Assembly: GCA_002269645.1 (NCBI GenBank)
Contig: NIVC01000567.1
Span: 62,001-126,000 of the forward strand
Direction: 5' to 3'
Length of the DNA stretch: 64,000 nucleotides
Origin: Macrostomum lignano
Taxonomy: Eukaryota
Notes under the pieces: model-generated
Told to the model about the DNA's origin: nothing
What the model saw: only the letters and a program-made list of their open reading frames with translations
Databases searched by the model: none
Made by a program: the position numbers and the translations under genes
Part shown: piece after piece, positions 36,807 to 47,239 of the stretch
How positions within the stretch are numbered: position 1 is the first letter of the stretch
How the letters are laid out: every line of letters starts with the position of its first letter

Positions 36807-38633
36807 TTATGTCTCCAACTCAGTCACACTGATGGTCGCCAAAGAATCGTTTCTGCTTCGATGGTGCTGCTTGGCATTCTTGTCATAGCCATCAGCATCT
36901 CTAGAGTCCTTGTCAACTCTAGACTGTTCGGTAGCTATTTTCTTGGCATTTTTACGATTACAAGCCTTAGAGACAGCGATAAAGCTCGCAATCAGACAAT
37001 CGTGAAGGAGTTCAACAGCTTCCAGCATGGTCAGCAGCGAGCAGCCAACGTAAAGACCGAGTAATCCACCTGTGTCAGCGATCAGGTTGGTCAGGTCGTA
37101 GGACTTTTCGATCTGAACAGCTGAACCAAAACTCTTGCTTGTAAATATTCGAACTCGGATGACCTGATCATTTAGGTAGCTACTTCCAATAACGATATTG
37201 TGCGTAGTTAGATTGTTTAGCATTGAGCCAGCCACTTTGATCATGTCTTCATAGCCAGGAAATTGATAATGTGGAAAATAGTACTGCTTCATCTTAACTA
37301 ATTCCTGAAATCTAGCGAGAATATCGCGTTGAAAGGACGAAAATATCCGAGGCCAGTTACTAAACGAGTATCTGTACCTGAAACGGTCCGTCTGGCAAGG
37401 TCGCAGATCAGTGCAGTACTGCTGAATCGCCTTCTGATCCAGAGAAAGACTTGAGTAGACTCCATTGATCAAATCATTAAAAAACCGTGCGGGCGAGATC
37501 TGACCACTGAAAACACGACTGGCATTACGGCAGTTGCTAAGGTTACCGAACTTACGCTCTCTAGGCAGCAGGTGACTCACACAGCCACTCCGCTCCATCA
37601 TCAGCCGGTTGCTTCGTTCAGCACGGCAAAGGGACTCACTGAATGCATAGGTGATCTCCGTGTAATCGAACGGACTGATGATGCGACTGGGCTCAGGGCT
37701 ACTCGAGCACTGCATTCCTTTGCCGAGAATGAGCCTCTCAATCTCGAGGTCGATTCGATATTCCTTGCCCGAGCTGAGCTGAATCATGGACTGGGAGTCC
37801 GGGTAGTGACCAGGTCGAGCAAAGTAAACATTTACACCGGACGCGCCTTCCAGGTTGATTCCATTTTCAAAATCCCATGCGAGAAAGTTTATTCCAGTAG
37901 AGTTTGCGATCGGAATGGGGAGCAGTGAGGAGTTCTTGGGGAAGTCAAAGAATGCCGCATCCAAGAAGAGACCGACTTCCAGGTAACTGCCCTCAGTGCT
38001 CAGGATTTTTCTCTGGTCTGTAGTGGGCTCAACGCGAATGCAGTTTAGCTCAGATGGACTGTAAAACTCAGTTGCAGGAACTGCATTTAGTTGCATGCCG
38101 TTTATCGTTGTCAAAAAAAGCATTTGAAGCAATTTATGACCTAGGCTTTTGCTTATGAGATGATATTCAATGGTTGACAAGAGCGACATAGCAAATAAAG
38201 CTGCTTTAGTTTGGTTATGAGCCACTCCCATCAGTCCGGTGAGCTGAGTGACATAGCTGTTCAGCATGGCTGTGCTGTTGGGATCCAGGATGTACGGATA
38301 ACTGCCCGACATGTTGGCCTTGTTGCAAATGATCAGATCGGGGAACTCGAACTCCACCGAGTTCTGCTGCAGCGTGGTGGTCTCTGGCTGCTCGTTGAAG
38401 GTTTTGATGAAGCTCTGCACCTGTGTGACAAAGCCGGTAAGGCAGAGCGCGAAGCCGACAAGCCAGATGACCTTGACGTAGATCGGACGGGACCCCACAA
38501 GTCTTCCGAGGCCGTGAGCCGTGGTGTCGCTCAGCCATGAGTGCACAGGCTCCCCCAGAACAGCCAGCGGGCGGTCTTTGGGCTTTTTTCCAGGAAAATC
38601 TGATTTCCCGGTTTCCCGCTTTCCATGTGACAT
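36807..38633 (-). CDS. Intronless DEG/ENaC (amiloride-sensitive sodium channel family) subunit, copy 1, 608 aa
   Basis: Pre-TM1 TTAHG motif, TM1 VIWLVGFALCL, FPDLIICN, extracellular cysteines, SFSNWP, TM2 LIADTGGLLGLYVGCSLLTMLE. Confidence 0.93.
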   Translation of the reverse strand: MSHGKRETGKSDFPGKKPKDRPLAVLGEPVHSWLSDTTAHGLGRLVGSRPIYVKVIWLVGFALCLTGFVTQVQSFIKTFNEQPETTTLQQNSVEFEFPDLIICNKANMSGSYPYILDPNSTAMLNSYVTQLTGLMGVAHNQTKAALFAMSLLSTIEYHLISKSLGHKLLQMLFLTTINGMQLNAVPATEFYSPSELNCIRVEPTTDQRKILSTEGSYLEVGLFLDAAFFDFPKNSSLLPIPIANSTGINFLAWDFENGINLEGASGVNVYFARPGHYPDSQSMIQLSSGKEYRIDLEIERLILGKGMQCSSSPEPSRIISPFDYTEITYAFSESLCRAERSNRLMMERSGCVSHLLPRERKFGNLSNCRNASRVFSGQISPARFFNDLINGVYSSLSLDQKAIQQYCTDLRPCQTDRFRYRYSFSNWPRIFSSFQRDILARFQELVKMKQYYFPHYQFPGYEDMIKVAGSMLNNLTTHNIVIGSSYLNDQVIRVRIFTSKSFGSAVQIEKSYDLTNLIADTGGLLGLYVGCSLLTMLEAVELLHDCLIASFIAVSKACNRKNAKKIATEQSRVDKDSRDADGYDKNAKQHHRSRNDSLATISVTELET

Positions 38634-39699
38634 AGCGTCGCTTGAAGACTCTGTGGATCAGTGAGCATGTAAAATTAATATTGTTCACTTTTGCAAAGTA
38701 TACTACAGCATTTAAAACTGTTTATTTAAAAATGACTTACTCACTTTTCAGCTAGGGATTGATTGCCGCCGCAGTTTGTTACTGTATCTATCTTTCTAGT
38801 CTATTCACCAGAATGTGTTTGTTCTACTCTCTGGAAAATCTTTTCTCTTCTTTTATAGGCTGTGACTCGCGGAATATCTGTCTCGAAGCCATGGTAAAAA
38901 TGAAGTGGAACCAGTGCAAAGTGATGCCTCTACTAAGTGTGCACTTCGTGGCTTTGAGGGAACAATAGGGGCAATATACAAATTATGGACTGCCGGATGT
39001 TTCCCGGCCAAAAATTAAGTCCATGATGTATTTTACCATTCTCTCTGATTGACCTCTGCTGTACTGTCGAACGAAGGCCAATATATGCATCTAAATTGAC
39101 AATCGAATTAATATAGTAAGCTGTTTCCATAGTAACAGAAAATAAACGACCAGAGAAGAGAGCATGCAATTTTGAGGCAATTGTTGTTGGCTTATTCGCT
39201 GCAGTTTAGATAATTTGCTTGATTGCCTGACAATTACATCTATGCTTTGACACAAAGATTATGGAAATGTGTATGGCTTACATTGTTCAGGAGTAATTAA
39301 AAGTAATTACTGAAACAATATGGACAACGGACGATCCTCTTTGACAGAAAACCATGCAGTATAAGACAATTGCCGAAAATCACTTACATCTAGGTATTCT
39401 ACTCAAGTCTATTTTTTAGCATTGATTGCAGAAATTAAGTTAAACATCATGAAGCTGCACACACAATAGCGCAAATGCTTAGACAGCCCCTAATCAGATT
39501 AATTCTAATATTGGCTTGTCAGTTAGAGCAAATGAGCATTTTTGCAGTGCTATTGTTATCCGCATTGTAAATTACAATGAATTTCTATGTCAAACAGTTA
39601 ATAGCAATTTACCAACGTATTGTTAATATTTGATGGAGCTGCTCATATATATACTGGCAAAGAACTGGTACTTAACTGAAGTGTTTACTACGCTCATTA

Positions 39700-39771
39700 G
39701 CGTAGCCAGGAATGCGAAATTTCGCACTTTGCCAGCCGGCGCAGCCCACCCCCTTGCCCCCCTGGCTACAC
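39700..39771. mobile_element. Internally deleted MITE relic related to the 41392-41953 element, opposite orientation
   Basis: GCGTAGCCAGGAA at the left end and CCCCCTTGCCCCCCTGGCTAC at the right end are reverse complements of the two ends of the 41.4 kb element. Confidence 0.7.
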
Positions 39772-39994
39772 AGACGGGAGGACGTTTTCATTGCAGGAAT
39801 AATAATAAAAATTCTAAACGTGTTAATCAGTTAAGCAAACAAGCAAAAATCGAAGTAACAAATTTATTTCCAAGACAATGTAGAGAACTTAGTAGATGCA
39901 TTTAATTGATATCAATTGCAAGGACTTGCTACTAAGGAAGAAAATAAAGCAACACACGTAAATGGTGCAGTTGTGATTTCTAGGTGAGTTCTAG

Positions 39995-41037
39995 GCTTGA
40001 GGAGCATTGAGGTATCTGCCTTCAGTCCTGCGCTGCGAAGTTGTTCAACCGGATGCTGTTATCGCGGTTGCAGCCGGTGCTGGATCCGTACCTGCGTCCT
40101 GAGCAGAATGGCTTCCGGGCCACATCGCGGCACGCTGGCGCCGTTCCTGTTCGTTCTGGTGCTTGACTGGGTGCTGCTGACCGCTCTTCCTACCAACGAT
40201 GACGGCTTTCTGTTGCGGCGAAGCGCGGTCGACGTCAACCAAAGAGGCGGCTCAGCGTGCTTGGCTACACCGACGGTCTCGCCCTGCTGTTCTCAACTGT
40301 CGAGGGCGCCCAGAGACAACTGGACAAGCTAGTTTCTGTTGCGGCGAGTGTCGGCCTGATGATCACACGGAGAAAACCGTCGTGCTCTGCGTGCCGGACG
40401 ACATCGAGGCTGCGATCTTGTGCCGAGGTGCTGATGGACAGGTGACAGAGCTTCCGCGTTGTCAGCAGTTCGTCTAATTCGGCGGTCTGGTTCCCGGCGT
40501 CCGCGAGGATTTGCGGCGTCGCCGCGGGCTTGCCTGGGCTGCCTTTCGTTCTGTGAGGGCGGTCCTGCAGTCTGAGGCCCTGCCTGACCGCCAGAGGGCG
40601 GCGCTGTTCCAGGCGGTGATCGAGACCTTCCTGCTGTACAACGCCGAGACCTGGACGCTGACGGAGTCGCTCGAGCAACAAGTTGACGCAGCGCACGCTG
40701 GCCTGCTGCGCGCCGCCTTCAAGATCGGCTACGAGCGAGGAACCAACGAGGCTTTGTATCATCGCGCCGGCCTGGTCCGTCCAAGCAACCTGTTACGCCG
40801 TCGGCGACTCCAACTGGCAGGCCACATCATCCGCGTCGAGACGTACTGCCCACAGCCGGTGCAGGAGGCGCTGCTGCTAACGCTGCAGGCAGCCTACCGG
40901 CGGGGGCAGGCGCGCACTCGGCATTTCGTTGACTGCCTGCTGGCTGACGCCCGGATTCGGCCGGCCGCGTGGCGTTCATTCGTGGCCTGGCCTTGAAGCG
41001 CGCACTGTGACGCTGAACGCGTATTTTGTTGTTGTTT

Positions 41038-41087
<50 letters not shown>

Positions 41088-41116
41088 ATTGTTGTTGTTG
41101 TTGTTGTTGTTGTTGT
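39995..41116 (+). mobile_element. Decayed RTE-clade non-LTR retrotransposon 3' fragment (RT domain pieces) ending in a (GTT)n tail
   Basis: Translations RGICLQSCAAKLFNRMLL..LRPEQNGFR, GTLAPFLFVLVLDWVL, LGYTDGLALL (YADD region), FLLYNAETWTLT...LQLAGHIIR; stops and frameshifts present; (GTT)n at 41025-41116 just after the ORF end. Confidence 0.88.
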
Positions 41117-41391
41117 AGGTTGGATATTATAGTAGCATTCCCTAGTCAACAACACGTACATGTATATAAAATGCCAATTTCACTATTTCAATCCAATAAA
41201 ACATGACAATAGTACGAGAAAAGAAGCATAAACTGAAACAGAGCGCCTTTTTTGACTGGATCGATCTAAACTGATTCTATTTTTTTAACCGTGGCATGTA
41301 GAAGCTAAGGCTATATTTTGATAAAATGTTCACACTTAATTCCAATTTGATGTACATGGATAAAAATATTACAATATAACTGCAGGAGCCT

Positions 41392-41953
41392 CCTGGGCGT
41401 AGCCAGAGGGGGGGGGGCAAGGGGGGCCGGGGCCCCCCCCCCAATCACCAACTCTGGCCTTGGCGCCCCCCCCCCCTAAAAGAAACTGGCGCCCCCCCCC
41501 TAAAAGAAACTGGCGCCCCCCCCCTAAAAGAAACTGGCGCCCCCCCCCTAAAAGAAACTGGCGCCCCCCCCCCTAAAAGAAACTGGCGCCCCCCCCTCTA
41601 AAAGAAACTGGCGCCCCCCCCCTAAAAGAAACTGGCGCCCCCCTATAAGAAACTGGCGCCCCCCTAAAAGAAACTGGCGCCCCCCCTATAAGAAACTGGC
41701 GCCCCCCCTCTAAAAGAAACTGGCGCCCCCCCTAAAAGAAACTGGCGCCCCCCTATAAGAAACTGGCGCCCCCCCTAAAAGAAACTGGCGCCCCCCCTAT
41801 AAGAAACTGGCGCCCCCCTAAAAGAAACTGGCGCCCCCCCCTATAAGAAACTGGAGCCCCCCCCCCTAAAAGAAACTGGCGCCCCCCTATAAGAAGCTGG
41901 CGCCCCCTAACTCACGGCCCCCCCCCCAATCAAAATTCCTGGCTACGCCCCTG
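41392..41953. mobile_element. MITE with hAT/Tip100-like ends carrying an internal minisatellite
   Basis: Ends CCTGGGCGTAGCCAG and CTGGCTACGCCCCTG are inverted (13/15); flanks GCAGGAGC (41382-41389, 2 bp from the left end) and GCAGGAGG (41954-41961) resemble an imperfect 8-bp TSD. Confidence 0.78.
41460..41910. repeat. ~22-26-bp minisatellite CTAAAAGAAACTGGCGCCCCCCCC with variable C-run, inside the MITE
   Basis: About 18 visible units. Confidence 0.95.
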
Positions 41954-42712
41954 GCAGGAGGGCTACGGCTACTCTGATGCAACGCTTCGGCAACATCGTT
42001 CTACAACGCCAGAGCTGACGGCAATTCTGCATGCCCATTCCACACTGACTCCTAAGCACAGACAAGCGCGCCAATACTGTACCCAGGCACAGATGCACTG
42101 ATACACACACTCGCAACAGAATGTACCGCGTCACCGACTTTCTAATCATCCGGCATGTACATTCTCTGTGACTTGGGGGCTGGCCCTCATGGGTGGGAAC
42201 TGGGAAGCACACAACAGCCTCCTGGCTTCAAAAGGTTAACTAGATTTCAAAACAACGCTAAGATCACATTGAACACATTTTCCAATAAGAAACTGTTTAA
42301 GTTATGTTGTAATGGAATTAGTTTCGAATTCATGTAAAACATGCGCTGTAAGTGTTGCTAAAAAGCGATTTTAGAATACCAAATAAAATACCTATGATTA
42401 TAGAAGCATAATTAGTCCAATATTTAGTAGAAACAATTAGCTTCTTGGAGGATCATAAATGAATTGGATTCGTCTGAAGGACGTTCCTACGACCTAAAAA
42501 ATACGTGTTCGAGACGTCTAACTTTCGGTTGGATTTGTAAATTTGTTATACGGGCTCAGCTTTGAAGTATCAAATTTATTGTCTCGTTTCTCTTACGTCA
42601 TATGTAGTTTCTAGTGCATGAGAGGGAGACATTCCTGCTCTACTGCAATGCGTCATAATTCACGATAAAAGCTAAAAAACTTTAAACCAAAGTGCGAAAA
42701 ATTGAAAATTTA

Positions 42713-44263
42713 CGAGGGGTGTTGCAAAAGTTTCTGGATTTCCTTTAGGCAAATTTCTCAACGCAATGATAACAAGGGAAATTTCTGGGTAATATTCTAA
42801 AACGATTGGTCAAAAGCAGTAAAGGAACACATTATTATGTTTTATTAGTGTCAAGCGTAACAAAAAGCAACAATTTAAAACACGTTGCAATCAATCAGTG
42901 TCCCTTCATCATAAATCAATGTACCAAAGTTCCAGCTGCCATCGATCCCTACCAATCACTATCACTGTCACTGATGTCGTTCTTTCTGTCTGGCCCGGCA
43001 CTGTTGCACTCCACATATTCACCGTTAAATGCCATACACTTCAGATAGCGTTCGATCAGATTGTCAAACCCAGCCTTCCAGAAGCTGGAGTCCAGCTGGT
43101 GCAGCGATGCGTTAGCGGCGTCAATGACCTCCTGACGTGTCGTGAAAACTTGCCCACGCATTGGCAACTTTATTGGACCGAAGAGATGGAAGTCGGCAAT
43201 CGCGAGGTCGGGGCTGTAGGCTGGGTGACTTAGCTGACGAAAGCCCAGCTCTTCCACCTTGGCGCGAGTGCGAGCAGCGGCATGCGGACGCGCGTTGTCC
43301 CAAAGGATGAACGGCTTCTGACGCATGATTCGGCGCTTGGATAGAAAGGCAGCACGCAGTTGCTCGAGCTGGTTAATCACATAGTCGGCATTGATTGTCT
43401 GGCCCTGCGGCAGGTAGTCGACGAGTAGCATGCCTCGCGCATTGAACCACACTGCACATGATGTTCTGGGTCCAGGCCGACTTCATGGCCTTTGTGTGTG
43501 GGTGCCGTCCCTTTGGCCCCCACTGCATCGACTGCTGCTTTGTCAGTGGATTAAACATTGCAGCGGCGTCTCGTCCATTGTGATTACAAGCTCCTTGAAC
43601 TTCTCATCACCAAGCTCGTTCCAGACAGCCCAGTTGTCTGCCGAACATCGCACCCGTGCTTTTTTGTGTTCTTCTGTCAGCTCTCGTGGCACCCACTTAG
43701 CGCAAATCTTCGACCAGCCGTGGCGTTATAGAATGCGACTCACAGACAAGCAGTGAACGCCGCACACACTCTCCACTTCACGCACACATGCAGATGGGTT
43801 TGCCTCCAAATATTGGAGCACGGCAGCCGCATTGTTGTCACCTGTGCTGGAACGCGGACGGCCAGAGCGAGCAGCATCAGCGACGCTTGTTTGACCATCA
43901 GTAGCAAGTCAATGGTGGGCAAACACCTGTGTGCGACCCAACGCATAATCACCGAAAGAAGTGCAAACTTCGTTAAAAGTCTGCGTTGGTGTCTTACCTA
44001 TGTGCTGACATGCCATAATAAAGTAACGTTGACTTTCTTTCGAATCAAAATCTGAGTGATTTTTTGGTCGGCTCATTCTCCGAGTGAAATCGTGTGAAAT
44101 AACATAGACCCTCAGGCTTAACTTGGCTCTAATGTAGGCTGTGTTTGTCCTAGTCATGCAAAATTTTAGCCTGGCACGTATTAATAACCAAATAGTTTAT
44201 GGATAAAAGCTCATCCAAATCTGATAAGAATTGTGCTTTAGCAAACACTAGTCCGGAAACTTT
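42713..44263 (-). mobile_element. Decayed mariner (DD34D) transposon; transposase pseudogene about 44076-42949
   Basis: HTH region MSRPK...QRYFI, GRPR, WVPREL, ITMDET, WDNARPH, HPAYSPDLAIAD; internal stops and frameshifts; TA followed by TIR CGAGGGGTGTTGCAAAAGTTTCTGGA at 42711; only the inner part of the opposite TIR (TCCGGAAACTTT) remains at about 44252-44263. Confidence 0.93.
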
Positions 44264-44523
44264 AGAAAATTTGAAAGAAAAAATATTTCTGGGAGACAGA
44301 TATATGTATTCGCATCCAATTGGTCCTTTTATAACTACTTAGCATTATTAGTAGTGTAAATGCATTTTTCAACTGTTCAAAGAAGATTTTCGTGCTGAAA
44401 CTCACCAAGTCATCTTCATGCTGTGACAATTTTGTATGACTACTACTTTTCTTTTGTTGATGAGTCGTGCAGCTGTCTATCAGGATTATGAAGTAGTATT
44501 GGTTTTGTCAGCCTAACTGAGAA

Positions 44524-44797
44524 TAAAGCCATCCAAAGTGAGAATCCTGCCTACGCTGACTGCGAAGGGCCTGGCTGTGTGCAGCCTTAGTCTATGGGCC
44601 ATAGACTATAAAGGACAAGCAAAGTGATAAAAAGCCATCCAATGTGAGAATCGATTGGTCTTTTAAAACTTTGCTTGTCCTTTATAGTCTATGGCTCATA
44701 GACTAGGCTGAACGCAGCTAGGCCCTTCGTATTCAGCGTAGGAAGGATTCTCACATTGGATGGCTTTTATCACTTTGCTTGTCCTTTATTGTCTATA
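44524..44797. repeat. Foldback structure: ~100-bp inverted repeat arms (44524-44625 / 44668-44769) with extra partial units
   Basis: Arm 2 is the reverse complement of arm 1 with scattered mismatches. Confidence 0.9.
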
Positions 44798-45511
44798 TAG
44801 AGCCAGCACAAAGCCAAGAGCGACAAGCGACAAACCAAGGAGGGAAATTCAAAGCGTGTGAATATAGTCGTGTGAAACTTGAATATTAAGGATTAAAGCA
44901 AAATAGTGGAAAACTTAATCTTATTAACAAGTCAACCAGTACATGCAGAAATATAATTAAGTAGAAAAAATAAATACCAATAATTACTTTGCAAAGACTT
45001 TCAAAAAGACAGAACACTGAGAGATGTACAAGAACTCAAGCCGTAACAATACAGTCCTTGATTAATGCAGCCCTTTAAGTAAATAAAATTATTTCAGAGC
45101 GAGGCGAGCTGTATTAAAAGTTAAATAATGCTAATGGTACGCTAATAGGCCTGTAAATTATTTCGCTCATGCAAAACAGAAGTGCATATTCATGCAAATA
45201 TGAGCTAGAAGAAGCTGTACTCCGCAATGGTACTGCTTCCTGAATAGAGGCAAATATTTGGCTTAGGTATGTTTGCTTTTAGCTGCCTAAGCACTAATGT
45301 ATTTGAGCCAATGTCAACGTCTGCTGTGTATTTAACACTCTTGGCTTTGAAGTATTTGACATTTGAGTGACGTAGCATTCCTATAACTGAGTGAAATTCT
45401 TCATTTATTGACTTATGGCATCATCATAATAACTAAATACATGTAGCTACAGCGATATGTTTGTGTTAATGTTTACCAAATTGCGCTCGAAGTAATTCCT
45501 TTGTCTGCAAC

Positions 45512-47239
45512 CTAGCTTTGCAACCAAAGTTCATGACTCAACGTTGAGTTTCGTCCCTTCATTAACTTTCGTTGATCGATAGCCGAAGTCGCAGCCGAGC
45601 TGCAGGCGATCAGACAGTCGTGAAGGAGTTCAACAGCTTCCAGCATGGTCAGCAGCGAGCAGCCAAGGTACAGACCGAGTAATCCACCTGTGTCAGCAAT
45701 CAGGTCGATAAAACTATACGACTTCTCAATGAGAACTGCTGAGCCGAGACTCTTGCCGGTGTACACTCGAATTCGCATCATTTGGTCTTGCAAGTAATTC
45801 GAGCCGACAACTATATTGCGGGTGGTCAAGTTATTCAGCAAGCTATTGGTTATGTTCAAGACTTCATCATAGCCAGGAAAATGCGCAGCGGGATTTTCTA
45901 GCATTTTCTCCTGAACGCGATACTGAAATTCCGGCTAGAAGGTCGCGCTGAAAAGCGGAAAAGACTCGTGGCCAGTTGCTAAACGAGTAGGCGTACTTGA
46001 AACGGTCCGTCTGACAAGGCCGAAGTTTGGCGCAGTATTGATGAATGGCATTCTGATAATTCCAATATGAAGCTGGGTTGTTTTCTTTGAAAAACTGTTC
46101 AGCCGACGCCTGACCTGTGAGAACGCGGCTGGCATTCGAGCAGCTTCGAGCGTGGATAAACTTCCGATCGCGAGGTAACAGGTGACTCACACAGCCGCTT
46201 TGCTGCATCATGAGCTGGTTACTTCGTTCGGCCCGACAAAGGTACTCGCTAAATGCATAGGCCGTCTCGGTGTGATCGTACGGACTGATGATGCGACTGG
46301 GCTCAGGGCTACTCGAGCACTGCATTCCTTTGCCGAGAATGAGCCTCTCGATCTCGAGGTCGATTCGATAGTCTTTTCCAGCGCTGAGCTGAATCATGGA
46401 CTCGGAGTCCGGATAGTGACCAGGTCGAACGAAATAAAGGTTTACACCAGATGCAGTCTCGGGTTTAATGCCATTCTCAAAGTCCCATGAAAGAAAGCTC
46501 AGCTTTGATGTGTTTATTGTTGCAATCGGCAGTAGTGACGATTTTTTTGGGAATTCAAAAAATGCACCATCCAAAAATAGTGTCATCTCTAAATAGCTGC
46601 CCTGATTGCTCAGCTCTGGTCGCTGCGATGGCGTGGGCACCAGGCGAATGCAGTTAAGGTCCCTAAAGCTGTGAAACGGTATTTCCCCAACTGGTGCTTT
46701 TGGCGAGCCGTTCAAGATCAGCATGAAAAGAAACTGCTTCATATGATGACCCAGTTTGTCGCTTATAAGGCGAAATGGCATTGTGGATAGAAGAATGCTT
46801 GCCAACCTGGCTGCATCAAAAAATTTTTAGGTGACCCACCAAAGGCTAAAGTAAGACTTTTGACATAGCTGTTTATTTCGGCTGTGCTGTTGGGATCCAG
46901 GATGTACGGATAACTCCCTGACATGATGGCATTGTTGCAGATGACCAGATCGGGGAACTCGAACTCCACCGAGTTCTGCTGCAGCGTGGTGGTCTCTGGC
47001 TGCTCGTTGTAGGTTTTGATGAAGCTCTGCACCTGTGTGACAAAGCCGGTGAGGCAGAGCGCGAAGCCGACAAGCCAGATGACCTTGACGTAGATCGGAC
47101 GGGACCCCACGAGTCTTCCGAGGCCGTGAGCCGTGGTGTCGCTCAGCCATGAGTGCACAGGGTGCGATAGAATCTTCTTGATTCCTTTCGGTTGACAGCC
47201 TGGATTCGTTGATTCGACAACTTGCTGTTGCTCTGTCAT
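45512..47239 (-). pseudogene. DEG/ENaC subunit copy 2, split into three ORFs by two 1-bp indels (pseudogene or sequencing error)
   Basis: ORFs 47239-46763, 46805-45867 and 45904-45512 are collinear with copies 1 and 3; frameshifts at an A6 run (about 46818-46823) and at TTCC (about 45929-45932). Confidence 0.8.
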
